The notes below the pieces were generated by a model. That model was not told where the DNA came from. It was given only the letters and a program-made list of their open reading frames with translations, and did no database searches. From assembly GCA_947627995.1 (NCBI GenBank), contig CANQYE010000001.1, positions 8,889 through 72,888 on the forward strand: a stretch of 64,000 nucleotides of DNA, read 5' to 3'. Below are positions 38,129 to 47,930 of this stretch, in pieces; position 1 is the stretch's first letter; each line of letters opens with the position of its first letter. Source of the stretch: an uncultured Bacilli bacterium. GTDB lineage: Bacteria > Bacillota_I > Bacilli_A > RF39 > UBA660. The translations under genes were made by a program, and so were the position numbers.

Positions 38129-39052
38129 ATGAAGAAATGTACTATTATATGTAATCCACAAAGTGGTCAAAATGATAAAAAACAAATGTTAAATGATTTT
38201 AAAGAAATATTAAATAAATATAACTATGAATTAAATTATATATTTACTGAATATAAAGGACATGCTACTAAAATAACAAAGGAATTACCAGATATTGATT
38301 TATTAATTGTAGCAGGCGGAGATGGAACATTAAATGAAGTCGTAGCAGGAAATTTACAAAGAACAAAACCTTTATTAATGGCTAACTTACCTTTAGGTAC
38401 TATAAATGATGTAGGGAAAATGTATGGTTATACTTCAGATAAAAATCATGATTTAGAAATGTTATTAAATGGCACAATTAAAAATATAGATACATGTTTG
38501 TTAAATGATAGAGCATTTGTATACGTAGCTGGTTTTGGCAATTATGTTGATGTTGCTTTCTCGACACCACGAGAATTAAAAGAAAAATATGGTAAATTGG
38601 CTTATATGTTTGAAGGATTAAAAAAAGTGCCTGCACCAGTTAAATCTTTTAAATTAAAATATAAAGTTGATAATAAAATTCATTATGGACAATATTCTTT
38701 TATATTTGTTACAAATACAACGAGAGTAGCAGGGATAGATAATATTTATCCTGATGCCAAACTAGATGATAATATGTTTGAAGTTATATTGAGCCCTTTA
38801 ACATCAAAAATTCAAATTTTAAAAACTATTACTATGTTTAAAACAACAGATTTAGACAAATTAGAAGGTGTAGAATATTATAGAACAAATAATTTTGAAA
38901 TCGAATTTGAAACCATTCCTGATGAATCTTGGTGTTTAGATGGTGAGGAATATACAATACATAACCAAAAATTGAAGTTTTCAATTAATAAAAAATTAAA
39001 TATGCTAGTACCTAAAGAAAATGTAAATAAGTTATTTATAGATAAGAAGTAG
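38129..39052 (+). CDS. dagK: Diacylglycerol kinase (DagK/YegS family catalytic domain)
   Basis: VAGGDGTLNEV DAGK_cat motif. Length 307 aa. Confidence 0.75.
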   Translation: MKKCTIICNPQSGQNDKKQMLNDFKEILNKYNYELNYIFTEYKGHATKITKELPDIDLLIVAGGDGTLNEVVAGNLQRTKPLLMANLPLGTINDVGKMYGYTSDKNHDLEMLLNGTIKNIDTCLLNDRAFVYVAGFGNYVDVAFSTPRELKEKYGKLAYMFEGLKKVPAPVKSFKLKYKVDNKIHYGQYSFIFVTNTTRVAGIDNIYPDAKLDDNMFEVILSPLTSKIQILKTITMFKTTDLDKLEGVEYYRTNNFEIEFETIPDESWCLDGEEYTIHNQKLKFSINKKLNMLVPKENVNKLFIDKK

Positions 39053-39061
39053 GAGTTTATC

Positions 39062-39742
39062 ATGATTTTAGCGAAGTTGTTTTTATTGTTTATAATTTAT
39101 TCTTTTATTGGTTGGGTTATTGAAATGATTTATTGTTATTGTCGATCTAAAAAGATTGTAAATAGAGGATTTTTGATTGGACCAATTTGTCCTATTTATG
39201 GTTTTGGAGCTATTTTAATTTATTTGCTTTTAAAAAATTTTGATAGTGACTTAATAACTATTTTTCTTAAAACTATGCTAATCTGTGGAGTTTTAGAATA
39301 TATTACAAGTTTTATTTTGGAAATAATTTTTAAAACTAAATGGTGGGATTATAGTGATCGAAAATTTAATATTAATGGAAGAATATGTTTAGAAACTTTA
39401 ATACCATTTGGAATACTTGGAATCATTTTTATAAAGCTCATAAATCCATTTTTTATGAATTTAGTTTCTAATATTAATAAACCATTTATTATATTTTTTT
39501 CTAGTATTCTATTTTTAACAATTATAGTAGATTTATTACTTTCCTTAGCAATTTTATTTAATATTAAAAATACAATTAATAAAATTAGTAAAAATAAAAA
39601 TAGAACTTTAAAATTTACAAAAAAAGTTATGAAAGCACTTAATAAAAAATCTATTTTCCATAAAAGAATTATTAAAGCTTTTCCAAATTTAACAAAAACT
39701 ATAAGGAAATTACGAAGAAAAATAAAAAATAAAGTGAATTAA
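39062..39742 (+). CDS. Polytopic membrane protein (CmpB/DUF1113-like)
   Basis: N-terminus FIIYSFIGWVIEMIY pattern. 5-6 TM segments. Confidence 0.4.
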   Translation: MILAKLFLLFIIYSFIGWVIEMIYCYCRSKKIVNRGFLIGPICPIYGFGAILIYLLLKNFDSDLITIFLKTMLICGVLEYITSFILEIIFKTKWWDYSDRKFNINGRICLETLIPFGILGIIFIKLINPFFMNLVSNINKPFIIFFSSILFLTIIVDLLLSLAILFNIKNTINKISKNKNRTLKFTKKVMKALNKKSIFHKRIIKAFPNLTKTIRKLRRKIKNKVN

Positions 39743-39817
39743 TGTGTAAATTTAAACATAAAATTTTAATAAGGTATTTAAAAATTTTTATTTTATGTTA
39801 TACTTAAATAGTATGAG

Positions 39818-40327
39818 GTGAAAAAACCAATGACAAAATTTCAAAAACATGAGTTTGATGATATTGTTCAAAATATAATTAATTTAAAAGAATATAATAA
39901 TTTAAAAAAAGAAATACATCATGGTATATCTAGGTATGATCATTCTATGCATGTAGCAAGATGTTCATATAAATTATGTAAAGTTTTTAAAATAGACTAT
40001 AAGGAAGCAACACGCTCTGCATTATTACATGATTTTTTTACTAATTCTGAGGTAAAAGATTATAATGCTATTAAAAGATATAGGATTCATCCTCAAATTG
40101 CTTTAAATCATAGTAGTAAATATTTTAACTTAACAGAAAAAGAAAAAGATGCAATATTAACACATATGTTTCCTTGGACTTTAACTATTCCGAAATATAA
40201 AGAAAGTTGGATAGTATCTTTAGCTGATAAAATTGTATCTATAAAAGAAGGATGTAATTCAAAATTATTTATGCCTTTAACAACACTATTTTTGTTTATT
40301 ATTAATATTATATCAATTCAAAAATAA
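39818..40327 (+). CDS. HD-domain phosphohydrolase
   Basis: H...HD motif (HSMHVARCS ... LLHDFF). Confidence 0.6.
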   Translation: MKKPMTKFQKHEFDDIVQNIINLKEYNNLKKEIHHGISRYDHSMHVARCSYKLCKVFKIDYKEATRSALLHDFFTNSEVKDYNAIKRYRIHPQIALNHSSKYFNLTEKEKDAILTHMFPWTLTIPKYKESWIVSLADKIVSIKEGCNSKLFMPLTTLFLFIINIISIQK

Positions 40328-40575
40328 TATAAGATTTAATCTTATATTTTTAAATTTATCTTTTTATCTTAGTTTGATAGAAATATCCTTCTAAAATTTT
40401 ATTACAATAAGGGATGTTTGGAAAATATTTGTTTTAAAGATAGATAATTTTAAAGAAATAAAAGACTAAAAAAAGTTGATTATAATGAAATAGATTAAAA
40501 AAAGAAATACTCAGTTTGATATATTTTACAAAAAAAGCTCTATTTAGAAATTATTTGTGTTAAAATAAAATATAT

Positions 40576-40652
40576 GTCCTCGTAGCACAACTGGAAAATG
40601 CAGTCGCCTCCTAAGCGACAGATTGGAGGTTCAAATCCTCTCGGGGACGCCA
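40576..40652 (+). tRNA. tRNA-Arg (anticodon CCU), CCA encoded
   Basis: Hand-folded cloverleaf. Acceptor GTCCTCG/CGGGGAC. Anticodon stem GTCGC/GCGAC with loop CTCCTAA. T-arm GGAGG-TTCAAAT-CCTCT. Length 77 nt. Confidence 0.9.
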
Positions 40653-40665
40653 TTTTAGTAATTAT

Positions 40666-40696
40666 AAAACTGATTTAAAAGTCAGTTTTTTATTTT
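40666..40696 (+). terminator. Rho-independent terminator after the tRNA
   Basis: AAAACTGA-8 nt-TCAGTTTT then T-run. Confidence 0.55.
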
Positions 40697-40788
40697 GAAT
40701 ATTAAAAAGAAAAAAATGAGTTTACTAGCCATTATCCATTTTTGTAAACTATAAAATTAAATAAACTGTAAATCGAAAAAAAATTATA

Positions 40789-40817
40789 TTGACATCGGGG
40801 GGGAATATTGTTATCTT
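40789..40817 (+). promoter_or_regulatory. Promoter TTGACA-(17 nt spacer containing G7)-TATCTT, candidate phase-variable
   Basis: TTGACA at 40789-40794. G7 at 40797-40803. Weak -10. Confidence 0.4.
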
Positions 40818-40844
40818 TAATATAGGAAGGAGAATAAGTGGAAA

Positions 40845-41711
40845 ATGAGTGAAAAATTTAAAAAAAGATATTTAATAATCGTAATGATTATGGTATTAGG
40901 TTTTATTATGATGCCTAATGTATTTGCTCTTGAAGGATTCGGTAGTGTTGAAGGATTAACAGGTACATCTAGTGTAGAAAATGAAAATTCTAATAATATA
41001 ACTTTAAAATTCGATGATGTAACACTAAATTGGGCTGCTGCTAATACTGGAATTGGAAGAGATAGAGATGGTTGGTGGTTAGGTGTTAAATTTACTGCAC
41101 CAACTGGTATTAATGAAGAAAATGTAGCAAATGCAAAAATAAAACGAGGCGGAGAGATAAAACCTTTTACTGATGTAAAAGATGGAAATTATTTCTTTAA
41201 TGCTTGGCTTTATGTTGATAATTTAACCGAAGAAAATGTTGGATCTTACGAATTTGACTGGGATGGTGATGGTGAATTTGAGCAAACAATAAACATCAAA
41301 ATATCTAAAGCTAAACTTAATTTAGTACAACCAGAAGGGGTCAAAAAAGTATACATTGAAGGTGATAATGGTAAAGTAGAATTTGCAACTAAAGTATCTA
41401 CTTTAAATGATTTAACTGATTATGAAAAAAAATTGCTTGAAAAAACTATTGCACCTAATGAAAATCGTGAATTTATAGGTTATAAAACAGACGATGGAAA
41501 TGACTTTGACTATACTTCTGGAGAATTAACTGACGGAATAAAATTGATTGCACAATATAAAGAAGTGCCAGTAGCTGTTCCAACAACAGAAGAAAAAGTA
41601 AAAGAAGAAACTAAAAATCCCGAAACTTCAGATGTAAATTTAATTTTATTGTTAGGACTAATCCTAATAAGTGGATGTGGATTAATTTATATAAAAAGAA
41701 AAATTAATTAA
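40845..41711 (+). CDS. Cell-wall-anchored surface protein with NPETS sorting signal
   Basis: Signal peptide. C-terminal KNPETSD + hydrophobic segment + KRKIN. Confidence 0.55.
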   Translation: MSEKFKKRYLIIVMIMVLGFIMMPNVFALEGFGSVEGLTGTSSVENENSNNITLKFDDVTLNWAAANTGIGRDRDGWWLGVKFTAPTGINEENVANAKIKRGGEIKPFTDVKDGNYFFNAWLYVDNLTEENVGSYEFDWDGDGEFEQTINIKISKAKLNLVQPEGVKKVYIEGDNGKVEFATKVSTLNDLTDYEKKLLEKTIAPNENREFIGYKTDDGNDFDYTSGELTDGIKLIAQYKEVPVAVPTTEEKVKEETKNPETSDVNLILLLGLILISGCGLIYIKRKIN

Positions 41712-41730
41712 AAAATAATTATATTATTAA

Positions 41731-41762
41731 AAAGTTCAAAGGTAATATTTGAACTTTTTTTT
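41731..41762 (+). terminator. Rho-independent terminator
   Basis: AAAGTTCAAA-7 nt-TTTGAACTTT then T8. Confidence 0.65.
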
Positions 41763-41827
41763 AATTAGTTAATATATTTTGATTTTTTAAATAATATAAA
41801 TAATCATAGTTAATTGTTTTTTGCTAA

Positions 41828-41856
41828 TTGACAAATATAAGAAATAATTTTAAAAT
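41828..41856 (+). promoter_or_regulatory. Sigma-A-type promoter (TTGACA-17-TAAAAT) of the tad-like operon
   Basis: Consensus -35, 17-bp spacer and 5/6 match at -10, about 30 nt upstream of the tadZ-like ATG. Confidence 0.5.
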
Positions 41857-41887
41857 TATTATATGATAGAGAATGGGAAGGGTTATT

Positions 41888-42658
41888 ATGGCGAAGACAA
41901 ATAGAGGTAAAACTATTGCTGTTTTTTCTGCAAAAGGCGGAGTTGGGAAAACGGTTTTTACTTTAAATTTAGCTGGAATATATAAACAACTTAATAAAAA
42001 AGTTTTAATAATAGATCTTGATTTAACAAATGGGGGTATAGCTTTATCATTGAATAGAAGAGTAGATAGAACAATCTATAATTTATTTGATGATTTAAAT
42101 AATAATCGTTATAAAGAATTTAAAGATTATGTAACAAACTATGAAAAAAATTTAGATTTTATTGCTTGTCCTAAAGATCCAAGAGATGCAAATAAAATTG
42201 ATGCAAAATATATCGATATTATTATCGAGCGAGCTTCGTATTTATATGACGCAGTAATTTTAGATACTTCTCATGTATTAAATGATATTAATTTAGTTGC
42301 TCTTGATAAAGTAGATAAAATTTTATTTTTAGTTACAAATGATCCTTTAGATTTAAAAAATGTTAAGTCTTTAATAAGTATATTTAAAAATTTAGATAAA
42401 ACAAATTATAAAATGATTTTAAATAATTCTTGCAATTTAAATAAAGATTATTTTTCATTATATGATATCAAAAATATTTTAAAAACAAATATTGATTATA
42501 TTTTAACTCAAAATTTTTATATCAAGAACATAGATATATTTCTTCTTAATGGGAAAATATTTATTATGGATAAGAAGATTGCTTCATCCAAAGATTATGG
42601 AGTAATGTTAACTATCGCAACTGATATATTTAAAGAAGGTGATGGAAAAAATGAGTAA
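41888..42658 (+). CDS. ParA/MinD-family ATPase, TadZ/CpaE-like
   Basis: Deviant Walker A AVFSAKGGVGKT. Sits upstream of the CpaF-type ATPase. Confidence 0.6.
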   Translation: MAKTNRGKTIAVFSAKGGVGKTVFTLNLAGIYKQLNKKVLIIDLDLTNGGIALSLNRRVDRTIYNLFDDLNNNRYKEFKDYVTNYEKNLDFIACPKDPRDANKIDAKYIDIIIERASYLYDAVILDTSHVLNDINLVALDKVDKILFLVTNDPLDLKNVKSLISIFKNLDKTNYKMILNNSCNLNKDYFSLYDIKNILKTNIDYILTQNFYIKNIDIFLLNGKIFIMDKKIASSKDYGVMLTIATDIFKEGDGKNE

Positions 42659-43973
42659 GTCTTTAATTGAAGAATTTAATGTTAAAGTAAATAAGCAAAA
42701 ACCTTATATAGTAAATGATTATGATATTTTTCCAGATAAAAATTTATTAGATGAATTACGTAATAAGATAATTGGTAATTTAATTGATAAAGAAATTCCT
42801 AAAGAAAAAATTAATGAGTTTATTGATGATGAAATAAATTTGGCTTTAGAGGGGCATAATTTAACCAATTTAGAAAGAAGTCATATATATAATTTAATTG
42901 ATAATGAAATAAATGGTTTTGGGCCTTTAAATGAAATTTTGAAAGATAATAATGTAACAGAAATAATGGTAAATAGTCCTAAAGAAATTTATATAGAAAC
43001 TGATGGAAAATTAGTTAGAGATGAAAGTATTTCATTTATTAATAATGAACATATTATTAGAACTATTCAAAGGCTTATCTCACCGATGGGTAAAACAATA
43101 AATACTAAAAATCCTATTGTTGACTCAAGGCTAATGGATGGTTCAAGGATTAATGCTGTAATCCCACCATTATCTATTAAAGGTCCAGTATTAACTATTC
43201 GTAAATTTAAGCCTTATTTAAATACAATTGATGATTTAATAAGATCTGGTTCTTTAACACCATATATGGCAAGATTTCTTGAAGCTGCTGTAATTGGTAA
43301 ATTGAACATTATTATTTGTGGTGGATCAGGAAGTGGAAAAACAACTCTTTTAAATATTTTAAGTAGTTTTATAAACGATAATGAAAGAATTATTACTATT
43401 GAAGATGCCGCAGAATTAAAATTAAAACAAAAACATGTATTATCCTTAGAAACACGTCCGAATAATTATGAAAATGAAGGAGAAATTACTATTCGTGATT
43501 TAGTAATCAATTCATTAAGAATGCGACCTGATAGAATTATTGTCGGTGAAGTTCGTGGGAAAGAAGCATTTGATATGATGCAAGCTATGAATACTGGACA
43601 TGATGGGTCAATTACTACTCTTCATGCTAATAGTCCTAAAGATGCTTTAAATAGGTTAGAGACAATGGTTATGATGAGTGATATGGGTCTTCCACTAAAT
43701 GCTGTAAAAGAATATATTTATAATGCAATAGATTTAGTTATAAATGTTGAACGATTAAGTGATGGTAGACGAAAAATAACAAGTATATGTGAAGTTGATA
43801 AAATAGAGGATAATGAAATAAAGTTAAAAGAGATATTTGCTTTTAAAATTAATGGATTATCTTCAAAAAATATGGTTACAGGAGAATATATTTTATATAA
43901 ATTTATTCCAAAAGTTTTTTATAAACTAAAGAAAAGAGGAATTACATCTTTAAGTGATATTTTTGAAAAATAA
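42651..43973 (+). CDS. CpaF/TadA-type (VirB11-like) secretion ATPase
   Basis: NVTEIMVNSPKEIYIE. Walker A GGSGSGKTTLLN. Walker B, His box and Asp box present. Confidence 0.8.
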   Translation: MSKSLIEEFNVKVNKQKPYIVNDYDIFPDKNLLDELRNKIIGNLIDKEIPKEKINEFIDDEINLALEGHNLTNLERSHIYNLIDNEINGFGPLNEILKDNNVTEIMVNSPKEIYIETDGKLVRDESISFINNEHIIRTIQRLISPMGKTINTKNPIVDSRLMDGSRINAVIPPLSIKGPVLTIRKFKPYLNTIDDLIRSGSLTPYMARFLEAAVIGKLNIIICGGSGSGKTTLLNILSSFINDNERIITIEDAAELKLKQKHVLSLETRPNNYENEGEITIRDLVINSLRMRPDRIIVGEVRGKEAFDMMQAMNTGHDGSITTLHANSPKDALNRLETMVMMSDMGLPLNAVKEYIYNAIDLVINVERLSDGRRKITSICEVDKIEDNEIKLKEIFAFKINGLSSKNMVTGEYILYKFIPKVFYKLKKRGITSLSDIFEK

Positions 43974-43987
43974 AAGAAGGTGATTAG

Positions 43988-45010
43988 GTGAAAAATATAA
44001 ATTGGGAATTATTAATTTTTCAAGTTATTATTGCAATAATTATTGTTTTTCTAATCATTTTTTTCATAAAAATAAAATCAAATTTAAAATTAGAAAAAAG
44101 ATTCTCATATTTTAGTTTAAATACATTAAATGAAGAAAAAGAGCTTTCATTCCTAGATTATATTTTTAATAAGTTATGGAAATTTGTTCATAATTATGCA
44201 AAATTTTTAAATCATTTTAAATGTTTTAGAAAATATGGGTTAAAATATGAGAAATACATTCCATCAAAAAATAAATTTAAAATTAATGGTACTGATTATG
44301 TTGTAATAAAATTTATAACTGGATTAATTGTTGTTTTAGTAGCAGTAATATATAATATTATTAATAGAAATAATATTAATTTCCTTATTTATGTTATTTT
44401 ATTTTTATTTAGTTATACAATTGTAGATATTTTACTAGATATAAAATTTAAAAGAAAAATAAAAAATGTAAAAAAAGATTTGTATAAAACTATTATTATC
44501 ATGAATAATTCTTTTAAATCTGGAAAAACAATATTAAAAGCGGTTGATAATGTAAGAAAATCTTTAAAAGGCGATATAGCAGATGAATATAATAAAATTT
44601 ATACAGATTTATGTTATGGACTTTCTATTGAATCAGCATTTCAAAGATTTTATGAGCGAGTTAAAATAGAACAAATAAAATATATTGTTCTTTCAATATC
44701 TATTTTAAATAAAAGTGGGTGCAATATTAATGAGATATTTAATTCAATTGAAAAAAATGATTTAGATGATCAAAAAATTAATAATACAATAAAAACACAA
44801 TTATTATCTAGTAAATTATTTTTTAATTGTGCTTTAAGTTTGCCAATAATTTTAGTAAGCATAATATTTATTATAAATAGAAATTACTTCAATCCTTTTA
44901 TTTTTACAATTGTAGGTGTTTTATTTTTGATCTTATTAATTAGTTTATATTTATTATATATAATTCTAATAAAAAAGATATTCGAGGTTGATATAGATGA
45001 AAGAGTTTAG
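43988..45010 (+). CDS. TadB-like inner-membrane platform protein (T2SS-F domain)
   Basis: GTG start. TM-flanked cytoplasmic domain in GspF-like topology. Position after the ATPase. Confidence 0.55.
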   Translation: MKNINWELLIFQVIIAIIIVFLIIFFIKIKSNLKLEKRFSYFSLNTLNEEKELSFLDYIFNKLWKFVHNYAKFLNHFKCFRKYGLKYEKYIPSKNKFKINGTDYVVIKFITGLIVVLVAVIYNIINRNNINFLIYVILFLFSYTIVDILLDIKFKRKIKNVKKDLYKTIIIMNNSFKSGKTILKAVDNVRKSLKGDIADEYNKIYTDLCYGLSIESAFQRFYERVKIEQIKYIVLSISILNKSGCNINEIFNSIEKNDLDDQKINNTIKTQLLSSKLFFNCALSLPIILVSIIFIINRNYFNPFIFTIVGVLFLILLISLYLLYIILIKKIFEVDIDERV

Positions 45011-45692
45011 TTTTACAAAAAAGATTTATCGAAAAAAAACTATTAATAGAATTAAGAATAAAATTAATTTATTAGGAAATTCTAAATACGATGTTAATAG
45101 TTTTTTAATAGTTCGGCTTATTTTAAGTTTAATTTTATTTTTTATTTTAGTTTTTTCTAAATCATTGATTATTTTGGCACCTATTATATCTATAATATTT
45201 TATTTTGCATATGAATATTTTTTATTAGATATCGCTATAAAAAGAAGAAGGGATTTATTAAATAGAGAAGCGGTATTCTTTTTCGAAGTTTTAAGTACTA
45301 CTTTAAAGACTACAAATAGTTTAAAAAAAGCATTAAGTTTAGTTGTTAAAAATATTAATAATGATTTGTCTTATGAATTTAGTAAAGCTTTAAAAGAAGT
45401 GGAGATTGGGAAAAGTTTTGCTTTGAGCTTAGAGGAAATGCAAAAAAGAATTCCGAGTGAAGAAATTAATAATTTAATTTTAAATATTTGTGAGGCAATG
45501 CGTTCCGGTAATGATATAGAAAATACTTTAAATATTGAAATAAATTCATTAAGAGAAAAAAGATTTTTAATTATTAAAAATAAACTATCAAAAATACCAT
45601 TAAAAGTTTTGATTTTAACTATTATTTTAATTGGTCCAATAATTGCCATAATTTTTTATGGGCCTACAATAATTGATTATATATTAAGTTGA
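44997..45692 (+). CDS. TadC-like inner-membrane platform protein (T2SS-F domain)
   Basis: Same architecture as the previous ORF. Overlapping start. Confidence 0.5.
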   Translation: MKEFSFTKKIYRKKTINRIKNKINLLGNSKYDVNSFLIVRLILSLILFFILVFSKSLIILAPIISIIFYFAYEYFLLDIAIKRRRDLLNREAVFFFEVLSTTLKTTNSLKKALSLVVKNINNDLSYEFSKALKEVEIGKSFALSLEEMQKRIPSEEINNLILNICEAMRSGNDIENTLNIEINSLREKRFLIIKNKLSKIPLKVLILTIILIGPIIAIIFYGPTIIDYILS

Positions 45693-46108
45693 TTTTCTTA
45701 ATTGAATCATATATAATTAGTGTAGATATTAAGGAGGAGTTTATGAAGTATTGTTCAAATTGCGGTAAAGAGTTAAAAGAAGGTGCAGATGTATGTTTAA
45801 ATTGTGGTAAAGCAATAAAAAAAATTCCTTCAACTACTGCAAATAATACAAAAAATGCAAAATCAAAAGTGACTGCGGGGATTTTAGCAATATTTTTTGG
45901 AGCATATGGAGTACATAATTTTTATTTAGGTTATACTGGAAAGGCTGTTGCTCAACTAATTCTAACAATTATCGGTTTTATTACATTTATTTTAATTATT
46001 GGAATTTTTTTGGTATTAGCAAGCTCTATTTGGGCATTTGTTGAAGCAATATTATTATTTACTGGTAGCATAAAAGTTGATGGGTATGGGAATAATTTAG
46101 GTGATTAA
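45689..46108 (+). CDS. Zinc-ribbon + TM2-domain membrane protein
   Basis: CSNCGKELKEGADVCLNCG. TM2-like GILAIFFGAYGVHNFYLGYTGKA. Confidence 0.5.
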   Translation: MIFLIESYIISVDIKEEFMKYCSNCGKELKEGADVCLNCGKAIKKIPSTTANNTKNAKSKVTAGILAIFFGAYGVHNFYLGYTGKAVAQLILTIIGFITFILIIGIFLVLASSIWAFVEAILLFTGSIKVDGYGNNLGD

Positions 46109-46109
46109 T

Positions 46110-46646
46110 ATGAATATAAATACAATTACAGAAAAAATGGATAAAGCAATTACTAATTTAGAAAATAAATTTTTAAATATTAGAGCTGGTAGAGCAAATC
46201 CTGCTATGTTAAATGGAATAATGGTAGAGTATTATGGTAATCCTACACCAATTCAATCGGTTGCTAATATTTCTGTGCCTGAAGCAAAACAAATTTTAAT
46301 TAAACCTTTTGATAAAGGGGTATTGAAAGATATTGAAAGATCTATCAATGAAGCTAATTTAGGGATTAGCCCTGTTAATAATGGTGAAATGATTATATTA
46401 GCAATTCCTGATTTAACTGAAGAAAAAAGAAAAGACTATGTTAAAATGGCTAAGTCTTGTGCTGAAGAAGCTAAAATAGCATTACGTAATATCAGACAAG
46501 ATGCAAATAATGATATTAAGAAAGAAGCATTGCCAGAAGATGAAGAAAAAAAAGAACTTGAAAATATTCAAGAATTAATAACTAAATATAATAAAATTGT
46601 TGATGAAAAGTTAAAAGAAAAAGAAAACGAATTAATGCAATTTTAA
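46110..46646 (+). CDS. frr: Ribosome recycling factor
   Basis: VRAGRANPAMLNGIMVEYYG. The ORF track starts 9 nt earlier at a GTG. Confidence 0.85.
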   Translation: MNINTITEKMDKAITNLENKFLNIRAGRANPAMLNGIMVEYYGNPTPIQSVANISVPEAKQILIKPFDKGVLKDIERSINEANLGISPVNNGEMIILAIPDLTEEKRKDYVKMAKSCAEEAKIALRNIRQDANNDIKKEALPEDEEKKELENIQELITKYNKIVDEKLKEKENELMQF

Positions 46647-46647
46647 A

Positions 46648-46677
46648 AAATCACTTAAAATTATAGTGATTTTTTTA
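46648..46677. terminator. Bidirectional terminator between convergent frr and the cysteine desulfurase gene
   Basis: A-run, AAATCACT-9 nt-AGTGATTT, T-run. Confidence 0.6.
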
Positions 46678-47799
46678 TTTAAGAGAAATTAATTTTTCAT
46701 ATATTTCATTAAAATATGTATTAAATTTTTTTATTTCTTCATTTGTAGATAAGTGAGAAATACTGATTCTTAAAGTACTATTAGCTCTTTTAGAATCATT
46801 GTATAAAGACATTACAGCAATTGACTCATTCCCTTTTGAGCAAGCGGTTGAAGTACTTACATATATTTCATGTTCTTCTAAAGCATGAACAAAAGTTTCG
46901 CTTTTTATATCCATTAAACTAATATTTAAAATATGTGGGATAGAATATTTTGTTTTATTAATTAAAATATTTGGGAATTTTTTTAGATTGTCACATATTT
47001 TTTCATTTAATTTATGGACATAAATTTCTTTTTTATCTAAATCATTTAATGCTATTCTTATTGCTTTACTCATAGATACTAATAGTGGTAAAGGTGGTGT
47101 CCCTGGTCTATATTCTTCATATTTTGTACTACCTATTAATAATGGTTTAATTTTTACTTTCTTATTTTTGTATAAAAATCCAATACCTTTTGGGCCATAT
47201 ATTTTATGAGCAGACATACTTGCTAAATCAACGCTTCTTAAATTTATATTAACTTTTCCAATTGCTTGAGTGATATCAGAATGAAATAATACATTTTTAT
47301 TTTGTTTATTAATTATTTGCCGTATTGTTTGCAATGGTTGTCTTATTCCAAGTTCACTATTAACAGCACATATACTAACTAATAATGTTTTATCATTAAC
47401 TTTATTTTTTAAATCTTCAAAATCAATAACGCCTTCAGATGTATTTTCAACATAGATGATTTTGTATCCTTCATTTTTTAAATAATCACATATTTTATAA
47501 ATACTAGGATGCTCTAATTTAGAAACAATTATTTCTCCTTTTTTATTTAATGCCTCTATTGTTTTTATCAAAGCTAAATTATTTGCTTCAGTAGCCCCAG
47601 AAGTTAAGATTATTTCTTCGATATCAATTTTTAATAAATCAGCGATTTGTTTTTTCGCACTTTGATACAGTTCTTTAGATTTTACTCCTAAGCTATGAAT
47701 AGAATTAACATTTCCAATATATGTTTTAGTTGTTTTATTATATGAGTCTAAAACATCATGTAAAACAGGAGTAGTTGCACTATAATCTAAATATACCAT
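46675..47799 (-). CDS. Cysteine desulfurase, class I (IscS/NifS-like)
   Basis: PLP-Lys SAHKIYGPKGIGFLY. Cys loop TACSKG. Length 374 aa. Confidence 0.8.
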   Translation of the reverse strand: MVYLDYSATTPVLHDVLDSYNKTTKTYIGNVNSIHSLGVKSKELYQSAKKQIADLLKIDIEEIILTSGATEANNLALIKTIEALNKKGEIIVSKLEHPSIYKICDYLKNEGYKIIYVENTSEGVIDFEDLKNKVNDKTLLVSICAVNSELGIRQPLQTIRQIINKQNKNVLFHSDITQAIGKVNINLRSVDLASMSAHKIYGPKGIGFLYKNKKVKIKPLLIGSTKYEEYRPGTPPLPLLVSMSKAIRIALNDLDKKEIYVHKLNEKICDNLKKFPNILINKTKYSIPHILNISLMDIKSETFVHALEEHEIYVSTSTACSKGNESIAVMSLYNDSKRANSTLRISISHLSTNEEIKKFNTYFNEIYEKLISLK

Positions 47800-47930
47800 T
47801 GATAATCACCTATAATAAATATATCAAATATGATTTTAATTATCAATATTTACATATATTTACAGCTTGCTATTTTTTTCTTTAATGATAAATAAATAAT
47901 TTGTTATAATTATAATAGAGGTGACTAGCA

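Noticed and set aside
40576-46108. Integrated mobile island at tRNA-Arg (integrase, att direct repeat)
   Set aside because: No integrase or recombinase ORF, and no copy of the tRNA 3' end downstream. The region is treated as tRNA-adjacent accessory content only.
45689-46108. 139-aa protein as the missing Flp pilin of the tad-like locus
   Set aside because: It has a cytoplasmic zinc ribbon and a TM2 domain, not a prepilin leader or G/XXXXEY-type cleavage motif.
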